Below, one piece after another: positions 1-18,506 of a stretch of 64,000 nt of DNA. The notes below the pieces were generated by a model. The model saw only the letters and a list, made by a program, of their open reading frames with translations. It was not told the DNA's origin and ran no database searches. The stretch lies in the NCBI RefSeq assembly GCF_009914755.1, contig NC_060934.1, one strand, 5' to 3'. The translations under genes and the position numbers were made by a program. The first letter of the stretch is position 1. Every line of letters begins with the position of its first letter. Source of the stretch: the human T2T-CHM13v2.0 reference genome, Homo sapiens.

Positions 1-710
1 GTTTGGTTTTGTTAGATCTACCAGATCATAAGGACAGGCTGGCCCAGCAACAAATCATAATAAAATAGAAGTAGCACATTGAATTAGTCCATTTTCACAT
101 TGCTATAAAGAACTACCCAAGACTGGGTAATTAATAAACAAAAGAGGTTTATTGACTCACAGTTCCTTATGGCTGGAGAGGTCTCAGGAAACTTACACTT
201 ATGACTAAAGGCAAAGGTGAAGCAGGCACCTTCTTCACAAGGCAGCAGGAGAGACAGAGAGCAAGGGGGGATGTGCCAAACACTTTTAAACCATCCGCTC
301 TCATGAGAACTCACTCAATATCATGAGAACAGCATGAGGGAAACTGCCCCCATGATCCAGTCACCTCCCACCAGGTCCCTCTATCTACATGTGGGGATTA
401 TAATTTGAGATGAGATTTTGTGGGGACACAGAGCCAAACCATATCACATCAAGGATTGGGCATGAGAAAGACTAGAGGACACAAGTAAGCAGTATGATCA
501 GGTGATCCAGGTCCCCACATTATCCAGATTGTGACACTAGATTCTCTCCCTCAGCTGGCAACTCTGCCTATGTGGGAGTTCCAATATTGCTAAAGGAGGA
601 AAAAAGCTAAGCTTGTTCATTGGAAGATCAACTCAGGATGTGGATGTAAGTAAAAAATGATAGCAGCCTACTTCAGCTATGGAAAGATAACAGTAGATTA
701 AATCCTCCCA
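1..710 (+). mobile_element. ERVL-class internal (pol) remnant, split by an MST LTR
   Basis: Decayed ERVL pol-like sequence on both sides of the LTR; homology continues at 3470. Confidence 0.6.
80..446 (-). mobile_element. MaLR solo LTR (MSTA/MSTB-like)
   Basis: tg.attagtccattttcacattgctataaagaactac ... ggggacacagagccaaaccatatca. Confidence 0.85.
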
Positions 711-3155
711 TTGACAGTTCAGCATATACGAATCAATAAATATGATATACACATTAACAGAATGAAGGACTACAACTATATGAATATCTCCATGGATGCA
801 GAGAAAGCATTTGACAAAATTCAACATCTTTCTGTAATAAAAACTTTCAACAAATTAGGTATCAATGTCCACATAACACAATAAAGGCATATATGATAGG
901 CCCACAGCTAACATCATACTCAATGGTAAAAAGTTGAAAGCTTTTTCTCTAAGATCAGAAACAAGATGGATGCCCATTTTCACCACTTCTATTCAAGTTC
1001 TAGCAATTAGTCAAGAAGAAGAAATAAAGGCATTAAAGTCAGAAAGGAAGAAGAGAAATTGTCTCTGCAGACAACATGATCTTAAATGTAGAAAACCCTA
1101 AAGAGTCCACCAAAAAAAACTGTTGGAACTAGTAAATTAATTCAGTAAAGTTGCAGGATGCAAAATCAACATAAAAAAACGAGTAGCATCTGTATACACT
1201 AACAATGAACTATCTGAAAAAGAAATTAAGAAAACAATTTCATTTATAATGGCTACACAAATACTTAGGAATTAATTTAACCAAGGAGGTGAAAGACCTG
1301 TACACTGAAAACTATAAAACATTGGTGAAAGAAACTGAAGAAGACACAAATAAATGGAAATATATCCCATCTTCATGGATTAGAAGAATTCATACTGTTA
1401 AAATGTTCTTAGTACCCAAAGTGATCTACAGATTCAATGTAATCTCTATCAAAATTCCAATGATATTTTTTACGTAAACAGAAAAAAGTCCCAAATTCAT
1501 GTGAAACCACAAAAAACTCCAAATAGCAAATTGTGAGCAAAAAGAACAAAGTAGAAGGTATCATATTATCCAGGTTCAAAATATACTATGATGATATAGT
1601 AATCAAAAATATAACATGATACTGGCATACAAACAGACTGGTAGACCAATGGAATAGAATAGAGAGCCTCAAAATACATCCACGTTTATGGCCAATTGAT
1701 TTTCAGTAAATATGCCAAGAATACACAATGAGAAAAGGACAATCTTTTCAATAAATGGTGTTGGGAGAACTCCACATGCAGAGAAATGAAATTAGACCCT
1801 TATCTCACTCCATATACAAAAAAAAAAACCACAAATGGACTAAAGACTTAAATATAAAACCTGAAACCATAAAACTACTAGTAGAAAATATACAGGAAAA
1901 GCTCCATGAGACTGGTCTGGGCAATGATTTTCTGGATATGACCCCCAAAGCACAGGCAACAAAAGCAAAAATAGACAAACGGGATTATATCAAACTAATA
2001 AGCTGTGCAAGCAAAGGGAGCAATCAATAGAGTAAATAGATAGCCTACAAAAAGGGAGAAAATATTTGCAAACCATACATCTGATAAAGGATTAATATCC
2101 AGAATATATAAAGTATTCATACAATTCAATAGCATGAAAACATATATCCTGATTAATGAAAGGGAGGCAAAGTACCTGAATAAACATTTTTCCAAAGAAG
2201 ACATACAAATGGCCAACAGGAATATGAAAAAATAACCAATATCACCAGTCATCAGGGAAATGCAAATCAAAACCACAATGAGACATCCCTTTTAGAATGG
2301 CTACCATGAAAAAGACAAAAGATAGCATGTGTTGGTGAGGATGTGGAGAAAAGGGAGCCTTTGTATACTGTTGGCGGGAATGTAAATTAGTACAGCCATT
2401 ATGAAAAATAATATAGAGGTTTCTCAGAAAGTTAAAAATAAAATTACCATATGATCCAGCAATCCTAGTACTATTTATATACCCAAAGAAAATGATTCAA
2501 TATGTCAAAGAAAAATCTGTACCTCATGTTCATTGCAACATTATTCACAATAGACAAGATATGAAAAAAACCTAAGTATCCTTAAACAGATGAATGATTA
2601 AAGAAAATGTGGTGTATATATACATAATGAAATATTGTTCAGCCTTAAAGAAGGAAATCATGTCCTTTATAATAACATGGATGAAACTGGAGGACATTAT
2701 ATTAAGTGAAATAAGCCAGGCACAGAGAGATAAATGCCATGTAATCTCACTTATATGTGGAAACTAAAAAAGTCAAACACATAGAAGCAGAAAATAGAAT
2801 AATGGTTATTAGGGGCGGGGGGAGGAGGGTAGAACTGGGGAGATGTCGGTCAAAGGATACAAAAATTAAGATAAGCAGGAAGAACAAGTTCAAGAGACCT
2901 ATTGTACAACATGGTGACTACAGTTAATAACAATGTATTGCATACTTGAAAATTGCTAGGACAGTAGATTTTAAGTGTTCTCACCACAAAAGAAATGATA
3001 AGTATGTGAGGTAACACATGTATTAATTAGCTTGAGTTAGCCATTTCACAATGTATCCATATTTCAAAACATCAGGTTGTACACTCCAAATATATACAGT
3101 TTTTGTTTGTATATTTAAAAAGTTTTAATATTTAAAAATTCAACTCAAAAATAAA
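711..3155 (+). mobile_element. 5'-truncated old L1 (L1MA-type), ORF2 3' half plus 3'UTR
   Basis: ORF2-like peptides at 1289 and 1755; L1MA-type 3'UTR. Confidence 0.88.
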
Positions 3156-3160
3156 TTCTT

Positions 3161-4883
<1,723 letters not shown>

Positions 4884-5056
4884 CAGAGTAGTGTATTCTG
4901 TGCTGTGTAGTCCAGGCCTCCCTGCAGAATGGAGACCCTCATTCCCCAGCTTCCTTAGAGTGCTGTCTGTTGAGGGCACACGACTAAGTTCATGCCCTAG
5001 GAATTGCCCTCAGGCCAAAAGGAACTGTGTAGTAGAAGTCACATCCTTGGGGCAAG
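4884..5056 (+). mobile_element. LTR16A-like LTR fragment (3' LTR of the ERVL)
   Basis: ctcattccccagct...ggaattgccctcaggcc motifs directly after the internal sequence. Confidence 0.55.
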
Positions 5057-5485
5057 AAATTAGTTTGAATTCATATTGATTGTTGTCAACAAAATTTTAA
5101 GTACTGTATGGTATGTGCGTGAAAGGAAAAGAACATTTGAAATGAGCTAATGTAGAGCGGATCTGTTGGAGAACTATTGGTGAATAATGATGATGTGGTC
5201 ACTGAGGGTCACTGAAGTTCACAGGGTTATTTGAACAGAAAACATCTGGGAGAGGTGGATTTGACACTCAGATTGGGGGACTGCACAAATAATAAGGTAT
5301 CTGGGCTTCAGTTTTCTCATCTAGAACATGAGGGACTAAAAGACTGCCAAGTATCTTCCAGCTTCTATATTCTGTAATGCTTAAGTACTCTGCAGAATAT
5401 TAAAACGAACAGCACTGGGAGATAGTCCGTGGGCTTGAAAAGTGAGGAAAAACAGAAACTGCCAGGGAGAGTTTGTTAAAACCTT

Positions 5486-6145
5486 AAAAACCTGTGCACG
5501 GCTGTTTATAACAGTTGTATTCATAACTGCCAAAACTTGGAAGCAACCAAGATATCCTTCAGTAGGTTAATGGCTATGCAAACTGTGGTACATCCAGACA
5601 AGGGAATATTATACAGCACTAAAAAGAAATCAGATATTAAGCTAAGAAAAGACATGGAGAAGACTTAAATGTATATTGCTAAGTAAAAGAAGCCAGCATG
5701 AGAAGGCTATATATTGTATGGTTCTAAGTGTATGACAATCTGGAAAAGGCAATACTATCATGTAGAAACATCAGTGGTTTTCAGCAATTTGCAGAAAGTA
5801 AGAGAGGGATACATAGGTGGAACACAGAGGATTTTTATGGTGATGAAACTATTCTATATGATACTGGTGGATATCTGTCATTATACAGTTGTCAAAATTC
5901 ACAGAACTTTACAACACAAAGTGTGAACGCTAATGTAAACTATGGACTTCAGTTATAGTAATGTATCAATATGTATCAATTGTAACCAATATACCACATT
6001 AATACATGGTGTTAATAATAGGGGAAATTGTGTACAGAGGTAGGGATTGGGTGGAGAGTGGGATAGGAAGGTAGTGTTACATGGGAATTCTGTGTACTTT
6101 CTGCTCATTGGTTTCTGTAAACCTAAAATTGCTCTAAAAAACAAA
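5486..6145 (+). mobile_element. L1MC-type 3' end
   Basis: aaaacttggaagcaaccaagat...aaactatggactt...tgtaaacctaaaattgctctaaaaa. Confidence 0.7.
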
Positions 6146-6550
6146 GTCTACTAATTTTGAGAAATTTGATGAAGAATAAATATTCATGTAGTACCAAGGT
6201 ATAATCTCAGAGATCACTGGCTAATTACAGAGGAAAATATACCATTACGATATAGACATCTGGCAATCACCTACTTAATTTAGGAATGAAAATTAACATC
6301 ACTGGCAGTGGGACAACCAGACATAAACTTCGTAATGTGCCACTATTGGAAGTATACAACATCACCTTTGAATGATTCTGGCCAAAAAAGTTTAACCTGA
6401 ATGTAACCAAGTCTTTAAATTTAACTTCAAATTTCAGAAAATTGAGGGGATAGACAAACAAACTAAATGAAACCATGAACAGTCCCACAATTCCAGAATG
6501 TGAGATATTCTACGTGACAACTAGCATGGTTCCTTTAAAATGTCAATACC

Positions 6551-6848
6551 GGCTGGGCACGGTGGCTCGCACCTGTAATCCCAGCACTTTGGGAGGCTGA
6601 GGAGGGTGGATCATGAGGTCAGGAGATCAAGACCATCCTGGCTAACGTGGTGAAACCCTGTCTCTAGTAAAAATACAAAAAATTATCTGGCCGTGGTGGC
6701 AGGCGCCTGTAATCCCAGCTACTAAGGAGGGTGAGGCAAGAGTATCTCTTGAACCCAGGAGGCAGAGGTTGCAGTGAGCCAAGATCACGCCACTGCACTC
6801 TAGCCCGGTGACAAAGCAAGACTCCGTCTCAAAAAAAAAAAAAAAAAA
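6551..6848 (+). mobile_element. Alu
   Basis: Full dimer, A-tail, degenerate TSD. Confidence 0.92.
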
Positions 6849-7040
6849 GTCTATGCCATTTAGCAAGGGATTAAGTATGGAGAAATGTACTGGATTACAA
6901 AATAAGAGACAAAAACAAAATGTAGTGTCCAGTTCTCGATTGGATCCTGGCTTTTAAAAATTGCTATAATTGGGAAACAATTAAGAAAATGTGAATCATA
7001 GGGTGTAATTATGCAAACCTAGATGGTATATATACGTATA

Positions 7041-7350
<310 letters not shown>

Positions 7351-8099
7351 TAAGGAAAATCAAATGTTCCAGCACCACTACTGAGCATCAGTCATTTCCT
7401 CTACTTGAGCTGCAATGCCAATATCAAGGGCCATATACTGTTTATCAAGTTTCTATATATGTTCCAGTTTAATCTTATGAGACCACCACAGTGTAGATGG
7501 TCGACTAGTTGACTGAAATGTGTTACATGGGGCATGACTGTTTATATTTGAAAATATTTGGGAGTTGAATAATTGTAAGGAATTACTGATAACTTGGTGT
7601 GAAAGGATAAGGGAATTGTGGTTATGTAAGAAAATGGCTTTAGTTTTTGAATATGCAGGCTTAAGTATACACAGGCAAATTAGCATGATGCCTATAATTT
7701 ACTTTTAATTCAAATCGAAAAATTACATAAAGAAAACTTGACAAAATATTAACAATTAATTGGATTTAGGTGGTGGTTATGTGGGTGCCCATTTTTTCTA
7801 CCTTTCTGTAGGCTCCAATGTTTCATAATTAAAAGGGAAAAAACGGGGCCACAAGAGAAGGTACAATTAAACATTAATGGGTCCCTTCTCCCAAGCGGTT
7901 AGTGCCGAGAGTGTGGAGTGTGTTCTCCAGGATCAGCACATATTTATTATCTTGAAAAATCCATTCCCCCAAAAAAAATCCCATGAAAAAAACTTAAAAA
8001 AAAAAGGTTTCTGTTTTAACACCCGTCACCCCTGCAAAACACTTTACAAAAAAATCCTTGTCTTCACTGCCAGAGACATTTTCCTTTTCTTCTTGTATA

Positions 8100-8490
8100 A
8101 GATCGCCCGTGAGGCAGCCGAGAGCGACCCACCCGCCCACTCGCAGCTCCGAAGCAGCTTCAAGAAGGAACAGGATCCCGAGGCCTGGACGCTGGACCCT
8201 ACACCGCCACCCTCGTCCCAGCCCGCTGCAGGCCGCAGTTCCTCGGGAATGGAGTAGTTTTAGATTCCAGGTGATTTTGTCTCTCTGCGCTGGCCCAGGC
8301 TTCCGCCCCAGCCCTTACTCTCCTTTCACGGAAAGGTCGCAGCCGGTGGCCCTACCGGCAGACAGGTGCAGAGGTGAGCCCAGCATCCCAGCCATCCCCT
8401 GTCCTCGCACCGCACGTGACCAGGCCTGCTGGCTGGTCCTCTCTATCACGGGCTACAGGAACCAGATCACCGGCGCTCCTTGGGAAACGC
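8100..8490. promoter_or_regulatory. CpG-island-like segment in the PABPC1P 5'UTR/RRM1
   Basis: About 25+ CpGs counted by eye in ~390 GC-rich bp, within an otherwise CpG-depleted AT-rich window. Confidence 0.6.
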
Positions 8491-8561
8491 AGGATGTGGA
8501 ATGTCCTTAAGACCCCATGAATTTTGATATTATAAAAGACTAGCTAATACACACTAAGTAG

Positions 8562-9074
<513 letters not shown>

Positions 9075-9230
9075 CTTTCACATTAGGTGCTTTGTGGTGA
9101 AAACGGTTTCAAGGGTGATGGCACTGTACATTTTGAGACACAGAAGCAGCTGAAAGATCTATTCAAAAATGAAATGGATGCTTCTAAATGATAGCAAAGT
9201 CTTTGTTGGATTAAGTCTTGTAAACAATGA

Positions 9231-9428
<198 letters not shown>

Positions 9429-9650
9429 TGAACAGAAAGAAGCTCAATGGAAAACAAATTGATGTTGGTCAAGCTCAGAAAGAAGGAGAATTGCAGATGG
9501 AACTTGTGTGCAAATTTGAAAAGATCAAGCAGTATAGGATCACCAGATAACAAAGTGTTAACATTTATGCAAAAAATCTTGATAGTATTGATGAATGTCT
9601 CTGGAAAGAACTTTCTCCACTTGGTACAATCACCAATGCAAAGGTTATGA

Positions 9651-9794
<144 letters not shown>

Positions 9795-11052
9795 TGAAGA
9801 GCACCAGGCTCAGCTCATTAACCAGTACACTATGTGCAAAGAATGGCAAGTGTAAAAACTATGCTCAACCTGGGAATCAGTCCCTATCAGCCAGCACCTT
9901 CTTCAATTGACTTCATGGCAGTTATCCCACAGACTGAGAGCCATGCTGCAAAGTATTCTCCTAGCCAAACTGCTCAACTAAGTTCAAATCCTCCCTAAAT
10001 TGCTCAGGGTGCCAGACCTCATCCATTGAAAAATATGCCCAAGCCACTCCTAGCTCACTACATTTAGTAGTAAGAGACCAGCTTCTTCACAGCTTCCACG
10101 AGTCATGTCAACACAGCTGTTGTAACACATCGACACAGACAATAGGAGCACATCCTGCAGTTGCCGCTACTGCTACTACAGATACTCCTGCTGTTTGTAC
10201 CATTTCACAGTATAAATATGCTATGGAAGCTCACAATCCTCAATGATATTTTCATGCACAGCCCCAGGTTACCATGCAGCAGCCTGCTGTTCATGTAGAA
10301 GGTCAAGAACCTTTGACTTCCATGATGGCATCTTCTCCTCCTCAAAAGCAAAAGGAAACGAGTGAATGGCTGTTTCCTCTTCTTCAAGCCACGCCCTAGT
10401 CGTGCTGGTAAAATCATTGGCATGTTGGTGGAGATTGGTAATTTAGAACTCCTTCATATGCTTGAATCTCCAGATCCTCTCTATACTAAGGTTGACAAAG
10501 GTATAGCTGTACTACAAGAGCACCAAGCTAAAGAGGCTGCCCAGAAAGCAGTTAATGGTGCCACTGGTGTTCCAATTGTTTAAAACTGATCAGGGACCAC
10601 AGAAAGAAACTTGAGCATCACTGAAGAAAAATATCTCAATATCGAAAACCTTAAATATTATGGAAAAAAATTGTAAAGTATAAAATAAATTTAAAAAGGA
10701 AACTTTGAACTTTACATACCAAGCAAATGTCAGATCTAACAAATGCAATGATAGTCTTAGATTACTTATTGATTTGAAAAGAAAAATTCCTCCCAAAATA
10801 ATAAAATATAAAAACACTGTAATGCTTTTCAGACTCTGTGATAAATAATTTTCAGAAAAGTATAAAAATTTAAAACATTCCTTTAATTTTGTAATTCATT
10901 AGTGTGGAATAGCTAAGAATGTCACTTCTGTTTTAAGTAACAGAATTGATAACTGAGCAAGGAAAGGTAATTTGGATTATAAAATTTTGCTTTAATAAAA
11001 ATTCCTTAAACAGTGAAAAAAAATAGGCAAAGATACAAAAAAAAGTTTATAA

Positions 11053-11388
<336 letters not shown>

Positions 11389-11690
11389 TTATTTGTTTAA
11401 ATACTATAAACACTAATATCATACACATGGTTAACTGGTTGTAATTTTTAAATTATATTAATAAATTTTTATGAAAACATTTTATAAATAAACTTAAAAT
11501 TTCAAATAAATAACAACATCTGCCACACTACCTTAAAATGGCGACTATTTCAGTATAATAAACGTATATCACATACACTTAGAGAAAGTTCAATAAATAA
11601 AGAATAAAAAGAATAGGTACAACAATTTTCCTCCTAATCAAAAGCACAATTCCTCATTTTGAAAATTATTTCTTATCTCTCTTTTATTAA

Positions 11691-12076
<386 letters not shown>

Positions 12077-13296
12077 TTATTTTTTTATAAGTGACAATGA
12101 GATGTCCTCATGATTTAAATAGTAGTCAAAACACTGGCACAGTTTAAATTTTTAGAATTTGAGTACTAGAATTACAATATTTGAAAATGGAGTCTGTACT
12201 TTGTTGTAAAACTATAAAGAGAAAATGTCACTAAAACAGTAGCTATTTTATCTTTTCCCAGAGTTATTCTCCCAGAGTGTATTTTCTAAGAGTTATTTCC
12301 CAGACGGTTTTAGAACTTTTGGCAGTTTCGGTGATATATTCTATAAAAGCCCTTAGTCTTAATAGGAATAACACATAGTTTTGATTGCCTTAAATTTTAA
12401 TTGCTTCACTTGGCAAATTTATGTGTAAATTTCATATTCTGTGGTATTTTAATATCTTGCTTGTGGAGAAGAGGAAAAAGAGGAATGAAAGTAATATTCA
12501 GTCCTTGCATTGAGCTTTTCCCAAAGAAGTCCAAACAATTTCTAAAATGCCTTTCAATAAGGCCATTTTAGAAGTGTTTATATGACTCTTATAACTTTAA
12601 AATAAAGAGTCTTGAAGTTAATTAAAACTCACTTTGCTTATGATGGGTTCTACATTAACATGGCAGATTTAATCAGCCAGAATTAAAAGGTAATTCTGTA
12701 TTACTAAGGAGAAGAAACTGCCACATGACAGTAGTCTCCAAATCTTTCATTTTTGGAGGCTGCCTTTTATGCCTAGATTTTAAAACACTAATTGAAAAAA
12801 ATATAGTTTACTTCCATTTGTGATTTAATTTTATTTCTATAAATAAATATATAGATAGTGTTTCATCTAAAAACTGCTAAACCAGACTTTCATTTTAAGG
12901 GCATGGCAGAAATAAGGAAAGACTAACTTGGTTCTATTACTTAACATATTATTTATTCAGGTAGTCACCAAAACCAGAATTTAAAATCTATTCAGTTAAC
13001 CCATTTAAAGTTGATGTGTTTTACTCCTTTTTTTGGTAGTGATCTTTTTAACTGAATTACTGGACATCATGGGGAGTTCTACTCCTCCTATTTGGAAACT
13101 TAGGCTATCTTACCAAGTTCAATATTCAAAGTTTTTCTTTCTGCCATTAAGTTTGTTTAATTTTATATTAAGCTCAGTTTGTATTATGATATCAAATTCA
13201 GCCTGAGGGATTACTTAAACTTTCCTAAGGTATTTACAGATTTAATTTGTTCTTACAGTATGTAAATACCAAGAGAGCATTCCATTTAATATTATT

Positions 13297-13302
13297 TTTA
13301 TT
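13297..13302 (-). terminator. Candidate poly(A) signal AATAAA of SLC9B1P
   Basis: AATAAA on the minus strand ~170 nt after the stop codon. Confidence 0.55.
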
Positions 13303-13468
13303 AAATTAACTTTGGAGTAAAAAGTCCAAGAAAAGCCCTGTACTGAAATCACATGTTTACTAAATCCTGGATTTTCTGTACAGTCCCTACATATTTCTAC
13401 TTTAAAATTCTTCTGTCATGTGAAATAATTCATTAAAAGAAGCAGGCAGATGATGACAGGTAAACTTT

Positions 13469-13684
13469 TTAATGATGTTCTAATGTTGACAATTGCAGTT
13501 TTATTTTGCTTGGATCATAATGGCGTGTAAGCATTTTAGGCCCCAGAATGCCCATAAGTAGAGCTCCATTTGGAGCTGTGATCGAGATGGCTAAAAATGC
13601 TACTGACATCACATCCTTCGCATATGGTTCCAAGTGGGGTGCAGAGACTCTTGCTGTTTCTAGAGCCAGAGGACCTAACACAGC
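13469..13684 (-). pseudogene. SLC9B1P: SLC9B1P last coding exon (exon 12)
   Basis: atgtag|AVLGPLALETARVSAPHLEPYAKDVM...KIKLQLSTLEHH*; matches the ORF track 13469..13681. Confidence 0.94.
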
Positions 13685-14149
13685 CTACATTTAGGGGTAA
13701 AAATGGGGGATAAAGAAAAATATTAAACTGAGTTAATATATAATGTAAATGGCTCTGTTAAAATAAACAAGATCTAGTACTAGACTATTAGAAAAAAAAA
13801 GTACTCAGTAATTATCATAAGTTACTCATCAGTTCCATGTTCTTCCTAGCAAATATATGTGGAGGAAGAGTACAATAGTGACAAATCAACATGCAAACAT
13901 TTTTGGGCTGATTTTGCACTCTTGTCCTCTCAGTGTTCCTCTATTCAAATATCTCTTTTGAGTGTTGCCCTCATAACACCAGGAGTTCTAACGAAACCAG
14001 TTTTGCTTAGTTGCCTTTATCGTGTACCAGTAGTTTTTGACTACAAGAAGACAAAATAAAATATTAAGTTTTCTTATGGTTCTCTAGGATTTGTTGCCCT
14101 TCTTCTCATTGTTCTCCTTATTCAGGGGGCACTGGGTTATAGCAGAACT

Positions 14150-14360
14150 GACAGCAGGCTTGGAATCTAGCAAACTGGGTTTGAATTCTATTTTTGCTGC
14201 AACCAGGCTAGTGACCTTGTACAAATGACTCACACTCTCTAAACTTCTACTTACTTACGTGTAAAACGAAGAACAAAATACTTATCTTACTGGACGGTTG
14301 TGAAAATTAAATATGAGAATGTGAAGAATACCTGGCACAGATTAGGTATTCAGATAGTAG
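14150..14360 (+). mobile_element. MIR
   Basis: ctgggtttgaattct...gtgaccttg...ggttgtgaaaattaaat...cctggcacag. Confidence 0.65.
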
Positions 14361-15694
14361 TAAGTTTCTTTCTCCTTCACTCCTCATCCCCTGCCAGGTC
14401 AGAGAATGAGTTCCTTGAAGTTTTTGTTTTAGAATGACTACTGGGTCACAAGATTTTTCCCTAGTTACCTTCTACCACATTATTTTTAATAACATAAAGC
14501 AAATTTCTTGTAAGTCTCTTTCCTTGTGTTTAATAACAAGGCATGAAATTGCCTTAAAATTTGGGGGAATTAAATACCAATATATAACATATTTTCTATG
14601 GAGTTGCAAAGTAACAACATAATGGTAGAAACATTACCTCTGATATGGAACATTATGGCAAAAGAACCCCTCAATTTAAGATCAATTTCTACATCCTAAA
14701 TCAATAATTTAAAATGGTATTATTTTTATATCATAACTTTTAATGTACTGAACATGATCCATTGTGCTGGAGGATGCTAGGGAGAAAAAAAAATCATGCA
14801 GGAAACCACCTTGAAAGAATCTCACAGTTTAGAAGAGGATTTGAACATAAAAGAACTGCCAACAGAAAAAACAAAAACAAAAACCAAACCCACTGACTTT
14901 TAAGAGATGATGACGATAATGGTGAAACTAGAAATAATATTTTTATAGTTTTATGGCATTCATCATATGTCAGGTATCATTCTTAAAGCTTTCCATTTAT
15001 CAATTCATTTAATCCTTATGACAACCTTATTATGTGAGGACTTTTATTAGATGATAAATGATTTCCTCCTAGTGACTGAGATTTAATACTCTTTCTTTAA
15101 AAACATCCAATTGCCAAGCTGATCTCACATTTGTAAACTAAATTATTTATTTACTCTCCTAATAGCTTCTATTTTTCCAGTCTAACTTTTATCAGTAACT
15201 CGAAACTAAAGAACAAGAGAAAGCTGAACCTTAGCCAATTTTATTTTAGCAGCAGAGAATGGCGGAAGAGGATAAAGGTGAAAATAATTTAAAATTGAAA
15301 TTTAAATATTTGTTGATCGTATTTACTTGTGACATTATTGTTATCTATTATTGTTGTTGTGACTCTACTTGTATAAATAATTAATTTTTTATGTCTTGCC
15401 AGTTCCTGGGACCGGCTTGATATTCTTTGTGTAGAAGCCAGCCTGGAGCCAGCAGACAGGAATAGGCAGAAGCAGAATAATACTGCAGGACTAGAGTGAG
15501 TGGTCTCTTTCCTCATACCTGCTTTTCTTTTTTCCCTGCTTTATGAAAATTATGAAATAATGAAATAAAATTGCAAGAGTATTGTTGGAAGGAGAGAGAA
15601 CAGATACTCCTTTTGTAGATTTATTATTCCCTACAGTAGACATTAAAAATAAAAAGTTATTATTTATATTACTTGAAGGTAAGATAAAATAACA

Positions 15695-15930
15695 ACATTG
15701 TTTGTTAACTGAGCACCACCATATGCCAGAGAGAGTGCTAAGCACTTTACGTGGATTATCTCATTGAATCCTGACAACACTGCTAAGAAACAGATACATT
15801 CATAGACTTCATTGCAAGATGAGAACACTGAAGGACTGAGAGACTAGAAAATAATTTTCCTGAGGTTATAGGCAAGTAACATGGTATTCAAAACAGGTAG
15901 TCTGGCCCTATGAGCCTGCTTTTCTAACAA
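15695..15930 (-). mobile_element. MIR
   Basis: actgagcaccaccatatgccag...gctaagcactttac...gatgagaacactgaag. Confidence 0.65.
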
Positions 15931-16059
15931 CTAAGAAAGAGCCACAGGAAATTAAGGTATATTATGCTGCCAAGTTAAACAGTCTAACAAGAAGTAGCAA
16001 TATATTTTAGTAGGAGGAGAATCTCCTTGAATAACAGGGCAAAATTACAAGGTTTCCCT

Positions 16060-16260
16060 TTCTGTTCATTCATCCTTGCAGGCATGCAATACGTATTTGT
16101 CTCCTGCATGTCAGGCACTGTGTTAAGTGCCAGGGAGAAATAATGAAAAACAACTGCAACAACTAGACACTGTCCCTGTCCTTACGTAGTTTATCAAGGG
16201 GGCAGGGGCAGGGATTTAGCCATTAACCAAATAGTATACAAATAAATGTGTAATTAAAAA
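16060..16260 (-). mobile_element. L2 fragment
   Basis: ttcattcatcc...tgtcaggcactgtgttaagtgccaggga. Confidence 0.5.
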
Positions 16261-16343
16261 AATATATGCACATTTGTGTGATGGAGTGAGTGGCAAGGTA
16301 GGAAAAGTATTTTTTAAAAAATCAATGTGTCTCTATTCTACTT

Positions 16344-16638
16344 TACTTTTTTTTGTGACAGGGTCTCACTTTGTCACCCAAGCTGCAGTGAAGTGGCATG
16401 ACCTCAGCTCACTGCAGCCCCAAACTCCCGAGTTCAAGCAATCCTCCTGCCTCAGCCCCCAAGTAGCTGTGACTACAGGTGTGTGCCACCACACCTGACT
16501 AATTTTTTTGTATTTTTTGTAGAGACAGGGGTTTTACCATGTTTCCCAGGCTGCTCTTGAACTCCTGAGGTCAAGTGATCTGCCTGCCTCAGCCTCCTGA
16601 AGTGCTAGGATTACAGGCATGAGCCTCCATGCCTGGCC
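16344..16638 (-). mobile_element. Alu (AluJ-like)
   Basis: Reverse dimer. Confidence 0.9.
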
Positions 16639-16837
16639 TTTGTCTCTACTTTTTAAAATCATAACATTTAGCTTTGTTATATTAAGCAAAATATAAAAAC
16701 TCCAATTTTCAGATATATTCTTATTATATATTTTAGGAAAAAAACATATTTTCATAAACTTAGAAAGTACTTATTGAAAGAATACTTTTTGATTTCAAAA
16801 TAATTGCTTTTAAAACTGAGATTTCAAAAGGTTACGT

Positions 16838-17643
<806 letters not shown>

Positions 17644-17789
17644 TAATTTTAATGAATAGTTATGATCAATCAAACATTTAAAAAGTAAGGATAATAGCTC
17701 ATATTTTGTGATTGGAGTAACATTTTTCATTTTAAATTTTAAAAGCATCAAAACGAAAGCATTAAGCAATAGGCTTAATATGTTCTTAC

Positions 17790-17926
17790 CTGTACTGTAG
17801 CTTTGGGCATCCATGCTAAAGCAATAAATATTTTCTCCTTAAAACTAAAACCAGCAAAGCACATCAATAGATATGTGGTTAAAATTCGAACACATAATGC
17901 CAAACTCAGAGTGGCAACAGATATGC
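17790..17926 (-). pseudogene. SLC9B1P: SLC9B1P exon 11 (acceptor AG>AA)
   Basis: ctgtaa|GC ISVATLSLALCVRILTTYLLMCFAGFSFKEKIFIALAWMPKATVQ|gtaaga; 137 nt. Confidence 0.92.
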
Positions 17927-18189
17927 TTACAGCAGATGAAAACATAAATAACAAAATATTTGTGAAGAAGTGTTCTTTATGCCCAGGAATATGATTTTTA
18001 AAACTTTTGAAAGCATTTTAAGGCTACTGTCTCTTCATGTGTTTAATTTTTACATAAAACAATCATAATAAAAAATGAATATGATGGAGGATTCTCTGTA
18101 AAGTGCAAGACAGTATCTGATGGTGGAGATACCATGAAAAATAAGACACATGACATTTATACAATTCTGAACTAATAGACTTTTTTTGA

Positions 18190-18506
<317 letters not shown>

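Noticed and set aside
7877-8510. ORFs of 126 and 150 aa as novel proteins
   Set aside because: They are translations of the GC-rich PABPC1 5'UTR remnant, with no coding signature.
12250-12305. Short degenerate repeat (CCCAGAGTTATT-like x4)
   Set aside because: Too short and irregular, with no spacers; ordinary slippage repeat, not CRISPR-like.
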